DNA of 64,000 nucleotides from Minisyncoccota bacterium (GTDB lineage: Bacteria > Patescibacteriota > Minisyncoccia > Phycocordibacterales > UBA1550), in the NCBI GenBank assembly GCA_023229865.1, contig JALNYL010000004.1:17773-81772 (forward strand). The letters run 5' to 3'. Each line of letters opens with the position of its first letter. Position 1 is the first letter of the stretch. Shown here piece by piece: positions 10,514 to 19,991 of the stretch. The position numbers and the translations under genes are program-made. The notes under the pieces are model-generated. The model ran no database searches. It was not told the origin of the DNA and saw only the letters and a list, made by a program, of their open reading frames with translations.

Positions 10514-11218
10514 ATGATTAAAGTTGATAACATAACAAAGACATACGGTTCAGGAGACATGGCGTTTCAAGCGCTCAAGGGTGCTTCGTTTACGATTAAA
10601 GAAGGTGAATTTGTGGCGATTATGGGACCCTCAGGATCAGGGAAGTCGACACTCATGCACATTCTTGGCTGTCTCGATACGCCCACAAGTGGTTCGTATT
10701 TTCTCGACGGCAAAGATGTTTCGACGCTCGATGATGAAAGTCTAGCGGATATTCGCAATGAAAAAATCGGTTTTGTATTTCAGGCATTCAACCTCCTTCC
10801 GCGCACGACCGTGCTTCGCAATGTGATGCTTCCGCTCGTGTATGCGGGTGTCCCCGAGGAAGAGCGTGAGAAGCGAGCGACGCAAGCGCTCTACGCTGCA
10901 GGCCTCACTGAGACGCACTTCACGCACAAGAGTAATGAAATCTCAGGCGGACAGGTGCAGCGCGTCGCCATCGCACGCGCCCTCGTAAATAATCCTTCCC
11001 TTATTCTCGCTGATGAGCCGACGGGAAACCTTGATACCAAGACGGGGGACATCGTCCTTGCTACATTCCAAAAACTCAACAAAGAACACGGCAGCACTAT
11101 TGTGCTCATTACGCACGAGCCCGACGTGGCTGCTTATGCGGAGCGTATCATTACCGTGCGCGACGGAGCTATCGTGTCTGATGTGAAAAACGCATCACAA
11201 AAAATTCACGCACTATAA
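10514..11218 (+). CDS. ABC transporter ATP-binding protein (MacB/LolD-type)
   Basis: Walker [13 protein letters not shown] signature [15 protein letters not shown] and Walker [12 protein letters not shown]. Confidence 0.85.
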   Translation: MIKVDNITKTYGSGDMAFQALKGASFTIKEGEFVAIMGPSGSGKSTLMHILGCLDTPTSGSYFLDGKDVSTLDDESLADIRNEKIGFVFQAFNLLPRTTVLRNVMLPLVYAGVPEEEREKRATQALYAAGLTETHFTHKSNEISGGQVQRVAIARALVNNPSLILADEPTGNLDTKTGDIVLATFQKLNKEHGSTIVLITHEPDVAAYAERIITVRDGAIVSDVKNASQKIHAL

Positions 11219-11220
11219 TT

Positions 11221-12447
11221 ATGAAACTCAACGATATTTTTCACGAAACATACACCGCGCTCTCTGCAAACAAGGCGCGCTCGGGCCTCACGATACTCGG
11301 CATCGTGATTGGTATTTCGTCGGTGATCGCGATGGTGTCTATTGGGACCGGAGCGTCGGCAAGTATTTCTTCGCGTATTGAGTCTCTTGGTTCAAATCTT
11401 ATTCAAATCACGCCGGGGGCTCAGCGCACGCAAGGGTTTGGCGCAAGTGGTGGGCGTGGCAACGCGAAGACGCTGACAACCGCCGACGCGGAGGCGATTG
11501 CAAAAGAAGTTGCAAACGTAGCTGCTGTTGATGCGCAAGTATCAGGGAGATATCAGGTGACGGCAAAAGGCACCAATACCAACACGAGTGTTACGGGGGT
11601 TACCTCAGCGTATCTTTCGGTGCGCAATGTTGAAGTCGCGGAGGGGACGTTTATTACCGATGCTCAAAACAACAGCGCGGCAAAGGTCGCCGTGCTCGGG
11701 CCCACGACGCGCGACGATCTTTTTGGTGCTGACGCGACTGACGTAGTAGGGAAGAGCGTGCGTATCAAGGGGGTGGAGTTTAAAGTCGTTGGTATCACGG
11801 TTGCAAAGGGTGGCACGGGATTCCAAAATCAAGACGACATCATTTTCATCCCCGTAAAAAGCGCACAGCGATATTTCTCGGGAGACCAATACTTGAGCAC
11901 GATTGCGGTCCAGGCATCGACTCAAGAGGAAATGACACAAGTGCAAGAGGATATCACTACGCTTCTTTTGAGCAGGCATAAGATTAGCGATCCTGCACAA
12001 GCCGATTTCAGTGCGATGAATCAAAACGATATTCTTTCGACAGCCTCGAGTGTGACCTCGACACTGACGTATCTTCTCGCAGCAATCGGAAGTATCTCAC
12101 TTCTTGTGGGAGGTATCGGTATTATGAATATGATGCTCACGACGGTGACCGAGCGCACGCGGGAGATTGGACTTCGCAAAGCAATCGGTGCCAAGAAAAA
12201 AGATATCTCAACGCAATTTCTCGCTGAGGCGGTTGCGCTTACGGTGATTGGTGGCGTGATTGGTATTGCGCTCGGGTGGCTCATTGCATATGTGGTCAAT
12301 CTGACAGGACTCGTGACGACAAGTGTCTCACTTTCATCAGTAATCCTCGCGTTTGGTGTGTCGGCGGTCACGGGTATTGTGTTTGGATATTATCCTGCCC
12401 GCCGCGCTGCAAACTTGAATCCCATTGAAGCGATGCGCTATGAATAG
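11221..12447 (+). CDS. ABC transporter permease, FtsX/MacB-type with periplasmic domain
   Basis: N-terminal TM, periplasmic MacB_PCD-like region, C-terminal FtsX 4-TM bundle (GIGIMNMMLTTVTERTREIGLRKAIGA). Start is adjacent to the stop of the ATPase gene. Confidence 0.8.
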   Translation: MKLNDIFHETYTALSANKARSGLTILGIVIGISSVIAMVSIGTGASASISSRIESLGSNLIQITPGAQRTQGFGASGGRGNAKTLTTADAEAIAKEVANVAAVDAQVSGRYQVTAKGTNTNTSVTGVTSAYLSVRNVEVAEGTFITDAQNNSAAKVAVLGPTTRDDLFGADATDVVGKSVRIKGVEFKVVGITVAKGGTGFQNQDDIIFIPVKSAQRYFSGDQYLSTIAVQASTQEEMTQVQEDITTLLLSRHKISDPAQADFSAMNQNDILSTASSVTSTLTYLLAAIGSISLLVGGIGIMNMMLTTVTERTREIGLRKAIGAKKKDISTQFLAEAVALTVIGGVIGIALGWLIAYVVNLTGLVTTSVSLSSVILAFGVSAVTGIVFGYYPARRAANLNPIEAMRYE

Positions 12448-12514
12448 TGAAAGAAAAGAGTAACCCATTTGTAATATAAAGCGAGTAGCTCACAATTAAA
12501 TTATTTAAAATTTT

Positions 12515-12979
12515 ATGGAACAATTAAAAAACAAAAAGAATATTATCAATATCGCAATTCTCATTGCGGTCGCGCTCGGTTCGTTTTACTGTGGCACACT
12601 CTACACAGCAAAGAATAAATCATTCCCTCGTGGTGGTTTCCAGATGATGGACGGTCGCGGAGTACCTGGGGAAGCGGGGACTTATCGAGATGGTGTGTCT
12701 CGTAGCGGCGCTCGCGGCATGATGGGTGGAGTTGTCGCGGGAGAAGTTATTTCAAAAGATGCGACAAGCATCACGGTGAAAATGCAGGACGGCAGTACGA
12801 AAATCGTGCTCGTAAGTGGAAGCACACAAGTATCAAAGTCAGCTGCTGGAGCGATGGAAGATCTTACTCAGGGAGTAAGTGTCGTCGTTATTGGCTCGGC
12901 AAATACGGACGGGAGTGTGACGGCGCAGTCAGTACAGATTCGCCCACAAGGAGCAGGTCTTCCCGTAAAGCAGATTTAG
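12515..12979 (+). CDS. Hypothetical secreted/membrane-anchored Gly-rich protein
   Basis: N-terminal TM/signal, no SD. A TAAAAT box lies 6 nt upstream of the ATG (leaderless pattern). Followed by a terminator hairpin at about 13003-13030. Confidence 0.35.
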   Translation: MEQLKNKKNIINIAILIAVALGSFYCGTLYTAKNKSFPRGGFQMMDGRGVPGEAGTYRDGVSRSGARGMMGGVVAGEVISKDATSITVKMQDGSTKIVLVSGSTQVSKSAAGAMEDLTQGVSVVVIGSANTDGSVTAQSVQIRPQGAGLPVKQI

Positions 12980-13069
12980 TTACATAAATACATTCACAAG
13001 AGAAAAGCGGTCAGACTGGCCGTTTTTTTCTTTGAAATAAAAGATTCCCGCGTGTTGTATAATAGATAG

Positions 13070-13645
13070 ATGAACCGCGTGCAAAGTGAAAAAACCGACG
13101 AAGAGATTGTTCTGCTTGTTCAGCGTGGAGACACTGAGCAATTTGGTGAGCTTGTGGAGCGTTATGAAGAAAAGCTTTTGCGCTATGGTCGCAAGTTTCT
13201 CTCGCGTCGCGAAGACATTCAGGATATTGTGCAGGATATTTTTATCAGTACGTATCAGAATATTCAAAACTTCGACACCCTACAGCGATTCTCTCCGTGG
13301 ATTTATCGCATCGCGCACAATGCTTTTGTAAATCGATTGAAGAAGAATTCGTACAACCCGCTTATTCTCGTCGACTTTGACACGCTCGTCTCTCATCCTG
13401 TGTATGAAGACCCTGCGCCACTTGAGCGCGAACAAAAAGAGATGCGGGTGATGATCGACAGGGGGCTCGAGGAACTCGCGCCAAAGTATCGTGAAATCCT
13501 CATCTTGCATTATCTCGAAGATATGTCATACAAAGAAATATCAGATATTTTACAAATCCCAGGAGGGACCGTCGGTATACGTTTGAAGAGAGCAAAGGAG
13601 GCACTTAAAAAAGTTTACGAAACAATGAACCTACACCATGAATAA
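13070..13645 (+). CDS. ECF-family RNA polymerase sigma factor
   Basis: Sigma-70 region 2 (IFISTYQNIQNFD...WIYRIAHNAFVNRLKK) and region 4 (YREILILHYLEDMSYKEISDILQIPGGTVGIRLKRAKEALKK). Extended -10 TGTATAAT at 13056-13063 lies 6 nt before the ATG. Confidence 0.85.
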   Translation: MNRVQSEKTDEEIVLLVQRGDTEQFGELVERYEEKLLRYGRKFLSRREDIQDIVQDIFISTYQNIQNFDTLQRFSPWIYRIAHNAFVNRLKKNSYNPLILVDFDTLVSHPVYEDPAPLEREQKEMRVMIDRGLEELAPKYREILILHYLEDMSYKEISDILQIPGGTVGIRLKRAKEALKKVYETMNLHHE

Positions 13646-14369
13646 TCACGAACCAAAAAAGAATATTAAAGAAGCAATTCTTCGCAAGATAGAGACGCGT
13701 GAGCTTTCGATGCGTCCAAAGTTGTATTTTACGCTCAGGATTGTGTCGATTGCGGTGCTTGCCCTCGCCGTGCTCCTCATCTCTGTTTTTATTCTCAATT
13801 TTATTTTGTTCAGTATTCGTATCAATAGTCACGAAGCTTTACTTTCCTTTGGTCCTCGTGGGTGGAGTGCTTTCTTTCATTTCTTCCCCTGGGTACCGCT
13901 TCTTCTTGATGTTGTCCTTGTGGTTGCCCTCTCTCGTCTCTTGCGACATTTTCGTTTTGGGTACAAGACACCCGTTCTCTATTTACTCGGTGCGCTTATT
14001 GTCGCCACCTCGCTTGTCGGTATTACGGTAGAGCGTGGCACACATATCAACGAACGCCTCCTTCGTCAGTCAGACGAGCGTGGGTTGCCGCCACCATTTG
14101 GAGGAATGTATGGACATGCTCGTCGCAATCTCCCTCCGGGTGCTGGCGTATGTTTGTGTACCGTTCTTTCTATCGAGGGGAATACACTTAGTGTGCAAGA
14201 TACAAAAAGCACTACGACGCTCAAAGTGCTCATCCCTGAAAACAGTCGTCGTGCGACAACCACTGGTCTCGTCGTGGGAGAAACAATTTTCGTTGCCGGG
14301 GAAGTGAAGGATGGCGTGATGCAAGCTTTTGGGATTAAGAAAGCAGAGGAAGGGTTCCCGAGACCTTAA
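13638..14369 (+). CDS. Putative membrane anti-sigma factor (hypothetical, co-transcribed with ECF sigma)
   Basis: Overlaps the sigma gene stop by 8 nt. Multiple TM helices. Position is typical for a cognate anti-sigma factor. Confidence 0.5.
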   Translation: MNNHEPKKNIKEAILRKIETRELSMRPKLYFTLRIVSIAVLALAVLLISVFILNFILFSIRINSHEALLSFGPRGWSAFFHFFPWVPLLLDVVLVVALSRLLRHFRFGYKTPVLYLLGALIVATSLVGITVERGTHINERLLRQSDERGLPPPFGGMYGHARRNLPPGAGVCLCTVLSIEGNTLSVQDTKSTTTLKVLIPENSRRATTTGLVVGETIFVAGEVKDGVMQAFGIKKAEEGFPRP

Positions 14370-14380
14370 CTGGTGATAAT

Positions 14381-14427
14381 AAAAACACAGGGCCCGCGAT
14401 TCAGCCGAATCGCGGGCCCTGTGTTTT
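14381..14427 (+). terminator. Bidirectional terminator hairpin with GATTCAGCCGAATC core
   Basis: AAAAACACAGGGCCCGCGATTCAGCCGAATCGCGGGCCCTGTGTTTT. It serves the convergent genes at 13638-14369 and 14433-14924. Confidence 0.6.
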
Positions 14428-14432
14428 GCATG

Positions 14433-14924
14433 CTACATCAATTTCCCGAGGAGATAGTAAGTGAGTTCTGCTTGCACATTAGTGCGTAGGTGTTTGCGTA
14501 CCTCCGTAAATGCCGTTGTGCCATCACGCCCACATTCTTGGATAATCACCCCTTGCCCTCCTGGGTGCTGCACGATGTAAGGAGTGAGATCGTACACGTT
14601 CCCATCGATAATCACCCAGCAATTGCTCTTTGTCGCGTGCTTTGCGACTTCAGCCTTGGTGAGAGTAGGAGCTTTTGTTGCGGGGGTTGTTTCCTGTGGC
14701 TGAGGTGCTTCTTTTACGGTCGTTGTGGGGGCTACAGATGTAGTAGTCTCGGGTGAGGCTGTCGCCACTCTGTTTACAGGCGCACTGCGCATCTGCCCCT
14801 GCCCGCCTCCGTTTTTCGACACCGATACGCTTGGTGTGTTGCTGTCAAAAACCCCCATAAAATATGCGACGGCGACGGCGCTCGCGATAGCCAATAAAAA
14901 AGTCGCAATTGATGATTTGCTCAT
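14433..14924 (-). CDS. Membrane-anchored cytochrome b5-like heme-binding domain protein
   Basis: N-terminal TM and a Thr/Pro-rich linker. C-terminal Cyt-b5 fold with NCWVIIDGNVYDLTPYIVQHPGGQGVI...CGRDGT (HPGG heme motif). Confidence 0.65.
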   Translation of the reverse strand: MSKSSIATFLLAIASAVAVAYFMGVFDSNTPSVSVSKNGGGQGQMRSAPVNRVATASPETTTSVAPTTTVKEAPQPQETTPATKAPTLTKAEVAKHATKSNCWVIIDGNVYDLTPYIVQHPGGQGVIIQECGRDGTTAFTEVRKHLRTNVQAELTYYLLGKLM

Positions 14925-14984
14925 ATATCGGCATTATACAACATAGCCACCACTTTTCTTTCGTTTTTGCTATACTATTTGTAT

Positions 14985-15707
14985 ATGACATCTCCAGTAC
15001 CCGAGCACAAGCACAAAGAGCTCCACACCCACAAGACGGGCGTGCAGCTCAATTCCCTCCGTGCTGCTGTGCTTGGGGCAAATGACGGCATCGTTTCCAC
15101 AGCGTCTTTGGTTCTTGGAGTTGCGGGGGCTGCCGCCTCGTCGGATATTATTCTGATTACAGGAGTCGCAGGGCTTACTGCAGGTGCTCTCTCTATGGCA
15201 GTGGGGGAATATGTGTCGGTGAGTACTCAGCGCGACACTGAGAAGGCACTTCTTGAAAAAGAGCGTCACGAGCTTGAGACGACCCCCGATCACGAGCTCG
15301 GCGAACTCGTGTCTATTTATGAAAGAAAGGGGGTGTCACACGAAACCGCACAAAAGGTCGCCGAGGAGCTCACAGCTCACGATGCGTTTGCGGCGCATGT
15401 TGATGTGGAGCTCGGTATCAACCCCAACTCCCTCACAAACCCTTGGCACGCGGCGTATGCCTCTGCCGCGTCATTTACGGTGGGCTCGCTCATTCCGCTT
15501 TTTGCAATCATGCTCCCTTCGGAAGAAATGCGTGTTCCTGTTACGTTTGCATCAGTTCTTCTCGCGCTCATTATGACCGGAAGCCTTAGTGCCTACGCGG
15601 GTGGTTCATCTCAGCGTGTGGCGACGGTGCGTGTGGTGTTTGGCGGCCTTCTCGCGATGGCCATTACGTATGGGATAGGTACCCTTTTTGGCGTATCATC
15701 TGTGTAG
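14985..15707 (+). CDS. VIT1/CCC1-family iron/manganese transporter
   Basis: LGANDGIVSTASLVLGV motif and C-terminal TM helices. TATACT box at 14971-14976 sits just upstream of the ATG at 14985 (leaderless). Confidence 0.7.
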   Translation: MTSPVPEHKHKELHTHKTGVQLNSLRAAVLGANDGIVSTASLVLGVAGAAASSDIILITGVAGLTAGALSMAVGEYVSVSTQRDTEKALLEKERHELETTPDHELGELVSIYERKGVSHETAQKVAEELTAHDAFAAHVDVELGINPNSLTNPWHAAYASAASFTVGSLIPLFAIMLPSEEMRVPVTFASVLLALIMTGSLSAYAGGSSQRVATVRVVFGGLLAMAITYGIGTLFGVSSV

Positions 15708-15782
15708 GGGTTTACTTTTCTTACCCCCAGGAGTAGGCTAAACATCGGGTTTGAACATTAACTAATAGCAGGGAGGTGCGCT

Positions 15783-16112
15783 ATGTGTAATACGTCAAAG
15801 AATGCAGTGAGATTCCGCCTCATGGAAACAAAGCTTGAAATCGAAGCACTCCAAGAACGCTTCGAATCGCTCCGTCTTGAGCTCCAAAAAGAGTGCAAGC
15901 ACAAAGAGGTGATCGAAACCGAAGATCTCGGCGTCAGAAACACCTATTTGCCCCGAGTTTGCACCGGGTGTGGGCTCGAAGAACAGGTGTGGATTGACGA
16001 ACAGGGTCAAAGTTCTGGCTACAAGATTCTTGGCGGGGCAGAAGGCCGCATTATTCGCGTTGCCTTGAGTGTTGAGCTCTTGCACTACAAGGAATTGCGC
16101 CACATCGTTTGA
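15783..16112 (+). CDS. Small zinc-ribbon-like hypothetical protein (tandem paralog 1)
   Basis: SD GGGAGG. CKH...CTGC Cys pairs. Block VCTGCGLEEQVWIDEQGQSSGYKILGGAEGRII is shared with the next gene. Followed by terminator AAAAGCGGACGCTCCCGAGCTCCGCTTTTT. Confidence 0.4.
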   Translation: MCNTSKNAVRFRLMETKLEIEALQERFESLRLELQKECKHKEVIETEDLGVRNTYLPRVCTGCGLEEQVWIDEQGQSSGYKILGGAEGRIIRVALSVELLHYKELRHIV

Positions 16113-16247
16113 TTTTTCCCAAAAAGCGGACGCTCCCGAGCTCCGCTTTTTCTTTTTCTTTCAAAAAGGGGATATCCTTTACATTTTATGTTGTCAGGAG
16201 TAGTGTGAATCAGGGTCAGATCTATCAATCACTGAAGCGGAGGAATT

Positions 16248-16664
16248 ATGCCTAATACTCAGAAAGCCCGTACGAAACTCCTGGTTTTGAACATACGGCG
16301 CTCGATTGCTCAGATGCAAGCAAGAGAAAAGCATCTTTTTAACACTCTCCAGTTAATCTGCGGGCACCCGGTGGTGGCCGAACACGACCGTGGTGCCAAT
16401 AACTACTCCGTGCGGATTTGCACTGAGTGTACCCTGCGGGAGGAAGCGTGGGTTGACGAAGCGGGGATGAGCAGTGGCTTCGAAAAGCTTGTGGGTGCTG
16501 AAAACCGCACTATTAAGCAAGTTTCGATGGCCGAAATAGCGCAATACGAAACACTGCAAGACGACAATCAAAAGCCTGCTGCAGAAGATGGTGTTGCGGT
16601 AGTGATGAAGAAAACACTCCTCCTGGCTCAAGACCAGCTGGGTAACTACAAGAAGGATCGATAG
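16248..16664 (+). CDS. Small zinc-ribbon-like hypothetical protein (tandem paralog 2)
   Basis: SD GGAGGA. ICTECTLREEAWVDEAGMSSGFEKLVGAENRTI. An identical terminator sequence follows, as after paralog 1. Confidence 0.4.
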   Translation: MPNTQKARTKLLVLNIRRSIAQMQAREKHLFNTLQLICGHPVVAEHDRGANNYSVRICTECTLREEAWVDEAGMSSGFEKLVGAENRTIKQVSMAEIAQYETLQDDNQKPAAEDGVAVVMKKTLLLAQDQLGNYKKDR

Positions 16665-17040
16665 AAGTAAAAACATTAAAAGCGGACGCTCCCGAGCTCC
16701 GCTTTTTCTTTTTTTTCAAAAAATATACACTCCTCGACAGCCCCCTGTGGAAAACTTTTTACATAAAATTGTTTTGCGAGAAGAAAAATTTTGTTTGCCA
16801 AAATTTGCGCGCGGAAAACGCAGAATTTCAGCCCTCGTTTGCCAAATTTTTAGACATTCTTTTTTGTGCATGATGTAGTCATAAAATTATTCAAATTTAC
16901 TTCCGTTTAGTTTTTCCTCTGTGTTAAAATAGGGGAGTTAAAGCGCACTTCGGGCATAGTTTTTGTTTTCCATTAGGCAAAAAAGCTTGCATCCACCCGT
17001 AGGTGCCTTTTTTAATCATCATTAACAACTTATCCATCAT

Positions 17041-19878
17041 ATGAATCAGGTCCAAAAACGAAACGGTACTATCGTAGAGTTCTCTCCGGAGAAAATCACG
17101 ACTGCGATTAGTAAAGCTTTCAGCGCGTGCAACACCCCCATTACCGAGGAAAAGCTTTCTGAAATGACCGCAGCTGTTTTGATGGCCGTAAAAGATGGTG
17201 GATATGGACAGATTCCCTCTGTTGAGAAGATCCAGGACGTTGTTGAGCTCGTTATTATGAACGAGGGCTTCCACGAAGTCGCAAAAGCCTACATCATTTA
17301 TCGTTACGAACACGAGAAAATCCGTGAAAAGAAGCAGGAAGAGGTTATTGAGAAGATCGAAGACAAAAAACTCTCTATTACCAAGCGCTCCGGCAAGACC
17401 GAGCACTATTCTGAGAAGAAAATCGAGAAAACCCTCGCGCGTGTGACGAGTGGCTATGAGAAGGCTATTGATGTCGACTCTATTCTTACTCAGCTCAAGC
17501 TCAATGTGTACGAGGGTATCACTACGACCGAGATTACGCGCGCAATCATTCAGGTTATGCGCTCAATGATCGAGCTCGACCCTGCGTATTCCAAGGTTGC
17601 TGCACGTCTTCTCTTGCAAAAGCTCTACCGTGATGTCTTTGGAACCAACTTTGAGCCAAAGGACATCCTCTCCGCACACGCAAAGTCATTCCCCGAGAAC
17701 ATCAAGCGCGCCGTTGCTGATGGTCTCCTCGACGCACGCATGCTCGAGTTTGATCTCGACAACCTTGTAACAAAGTTTGAGCTCGAAAACGACGAACTCT
17801 TTGAATACATGGGACTCGAGATTCTCGCGTCACGCTATTTCCAAGAGGACCCAAAGACCAAGAAGCCCATCGAGACTCCTCAGATGTTTTGGATGCGTAT
17901 CGCTATGGGTACCGCACTCAACGAAAAGCCCGAGGACCGCACTCGCGTAGCACTCGAGTTCTATGAGGTGCTCTCTCGCTTCCTCTACACCCCAGGAGGC
18001 CGCACCCTCTTCCAAGCGGGGGCAAAGAAGGCTCAGCTTGCAAACTGCTTCCTCAACGTCGTTCCAGACTCTCTCGACGCTATCTTTAAGACATTTGGCG
18101 ATAATGCGCAGTATTTGAAGTGGTCAGGTGGTACGGGTACGAGCTGGACTCCACTCCGCGCTACGGGTGGCTTCATCAGTGGTACGGGCGTGGGGAGTCA
18201 GGGGGTTGTTCCTTTCCTCAAGATTGCCAACGATATCAACATTGCTATCAACCGTTCCGGCAAGCGCCGTGGGGCAGGTTGCGTGTATCTTGAGACATGG
18301 CACCTCGATATTGAGGATTTCCTCGAGCTCCGCAAGAACACCGGCGATGAGCGTCGTCGTACCCACGATGTGAATACCGCCAACTGGATTCCTGACCTCT
18401 TTATGAAGCGTGTTCGTGATGGCAAGGAGTGGACACTCTTTTCTCCTGACGAAACCCCAGATCTCCACGAGATTTACGGCGCAGCATTCGAAAAGCGCTA
18501 CGAGGAATACGAAAAGATGGCAGACGAGGGCAAAATCAAGCTCTTCAAGCGTCTCCCTGCGACCGACATCTGGAAGAAGATGATTTCGATGCTCTTTGAG
18601 ACAGGGCACCCTTGGATTACGTTCAAGGATCCTTGTAACGTGCGTTCACCTCAGGATCACGCAGGTGTTGTTCACAGCTCAAATCTCTGCACCGAGATCA
18701 CGCTCAATACCAACGCCAACGAGACCGCTGTATGTACGCTCGGCTCACTCAACTTCGCAAAGTTTGTAAAGGACGGCAAGTTTGACCACGAGCTCGTAGA
18801 GAGCGTGACTCGAAGCGCAGTCCGTATGCTCGACAACGTTATCGATGTGAACTTCTATCCTACGGAAGACGCCCGCCGTGGTAGCACCCTCCATCGCCCT
18901 GTCGGACTCGGTGTTCGTGGGTATCACGATGCACTTTACCTCCTCGGTATCGACTTTGACTCAGAAGAAGCAGTGAAGTTTGCGGACGAGAGTATGGAAG
19001 TCGTCGCATACTACACCATCCTCGCATCATCAGAGCTCGCCAAGGAGCGTGGCGTCTACTCGACCTACAAGGGTTCAAAGTGGGATCGCGGACTCCTTCC
19101 TCAAGACACCGTCGACCTCCTCGAAACAGAGCGTGGCGAGAAGATTGAAGTAGAGCGTGGTGGTGTACTCGACTGGACTCCTGTACGCGAGAGTATCAAG
19201 AAGCACGGCATGAGAAACAGCAACGTGATGGCCATTGCGCCGACCGCAAGTACGGCCAACCTCGCAGGATGTATTCCTTGCGTAGAGCCTATCTACAAAA
19301 ACATTTACGTAAAGTCCAACAAAGAAGGGGACTTCGTGGTGGTAAACAAGTATCTCGTTGAAGACTTGAAGCGCCTCGGGCTCTGGAGCCGTGATATGTT
19401 GAACAAAATCAAGTTCCACGACGGTAGCATCCAAAACATCGCCGAGCTTCCTCGCGATATTCGCAAGAAGTACAAGGAAGTGTTTGAGATTGATTCACGT
19501 TGGCTCATCGATGCCGCAGCACGCCGTGCAAAGTGGATCGACCAGTCACAGTCACTCAACATCTTCTTCCGTGGCACCTCAGGCAAAGAGCTTTCAGAGA
19601 TTTACTTCTACGCATGGAAGAAAGGCCTCAAGACGACCTACTACCTCCGCTCACTCGGTGCGTCACAAGTAGAGAAGTCCACCGTGTCCGTTTCAGAATT
19701 CGGCAACACACACAAGCGCGACTTCACGGTCAAGTCCGCAGATGCCGTAGTGTCTATCAAGGAAGAAATCAAAATTACTTCAGCCCCGTCGGAAGACCAA
19801 AAGAAAGCCGACGCCGAGTTTATGGCACGCGTCGCGAGAGGAGAGGAGGTTGGTATCTGTGAGTCGTGCCAGGGTTAA
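17041..19878 (+). CDS. nrdA: Ribonucleoside-diphosphate reductase alpha subunit (class I) with two N-terminal ATP-cone domains
   Basis: Two ATP-cone repeats (VQKRNGTIVEF; ITKRSGKTEHYSEKKIE). Active-site NLCTEI, catalytic Cys/Glu region and C-terminal CESC. GC-rich codon usage. Confidence 0.9.
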   Translation: MNQVQKRNGTIVEFSPEKITTAISKAFSACNTPITEEKLSEMTAAVLMAVKDGGYGQIPSVEKIQDVVELVIMNEGFHEVAKAYIIYRYEHEKIREKKQEEVIEKIEDKKLSITKRSGKTEHYSEKKIEKTLARVTSGYEKAIDVDSILTQLKLNVYEGITTTEITRAIIQVMRSMIELDPAYSKVAARLLLQKLYRDVFGTNFEPKDILSAHAKSFPENIKRAVADGLLDARMLEFDLDNLVTKFELENDELFEYMGLEILASRYFQEDPKTKKPIETPQMFWMRIAMGTALNEKPEDRTRVALEFYEVLSRFLYTPGGRTLFQAGAKKAQLANCFLNVVPDSLDAIFKTFGDNAQYLKWSGGTGTSWTPLRATGGFISGTGVGSQGVVPFLKIANDINIAINRSGKRRGAGCVYLETWHLDIEDFLELRKNTGDERRRTHDVNTANWIPDLFMKRVRDGKEWTLFSPDETPDLHEIYGAAFEKRYEEYEKMADEGKIKLFKRLPATDIWKKMISMLFETGHPWITFKDPCNVRSPQDHAGVVHSSNLCTEITLNTNANETAVCTLGSLNFAKFVKDGKFDHELVESVTRSAVRMLDNVIDVNFYPTEDARRGSTLHRPVGLGVRGYHDALYLLGIDFDSEEAVKFADESMEVVAYYTILASSELAKERGVYSTYKGSKWDRGLLPQDTVDLLETERGEKIEVERGGVLDWTPVRESIKKHGMRNSNVMAIAPTASTANLAGCIPCVEPIYKNIYVKSNKEGDFVVVNKYLVEDLKRLGLWSRDMLNKIKFHDGSIQNIAELPRDIRKKYKEVFEIDSRWLIDAAARRAKWIDQSQSLNIFFRGTSGKELSEIYFYAWKKGLKTTYYLRSLGASQVEKSTVSVSEFGNTHKRDFTVKSADAVVSIKEEIKITSAPSEDQKKADAEFMARVARGEEVGICESCQG

Positions 19879-19991
19879 ACGAAACGACACAAGGCCCGGC
19901 CTTAAGAAACTTGGGCCCAAGGCCGGGCCTTAGTGGCGCTGAGTTTAGTAAATAAATTTTTATAACCATTATCAATTAATCAATTAACAAC

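Noticed and set aside
16690-17040. Cobalamin riboswitch or NrdR boxes upstream of nrdA
   Set aside because: No B12 box (GCCACTG-like) or 16-bp NrdR palindrome was recognisable by eye. Only direct repeats and a weak hairpin were seen, and these are reported as a low-interest finding instead.
16924-17406. 160-aa minus-strand ORF overlapping the nrdA start
   Set aside because: It is antisense to the well-supported nrdA N-terminal ATP-cone, has no SD and shows a Leu/Phe-rich antisense signature.
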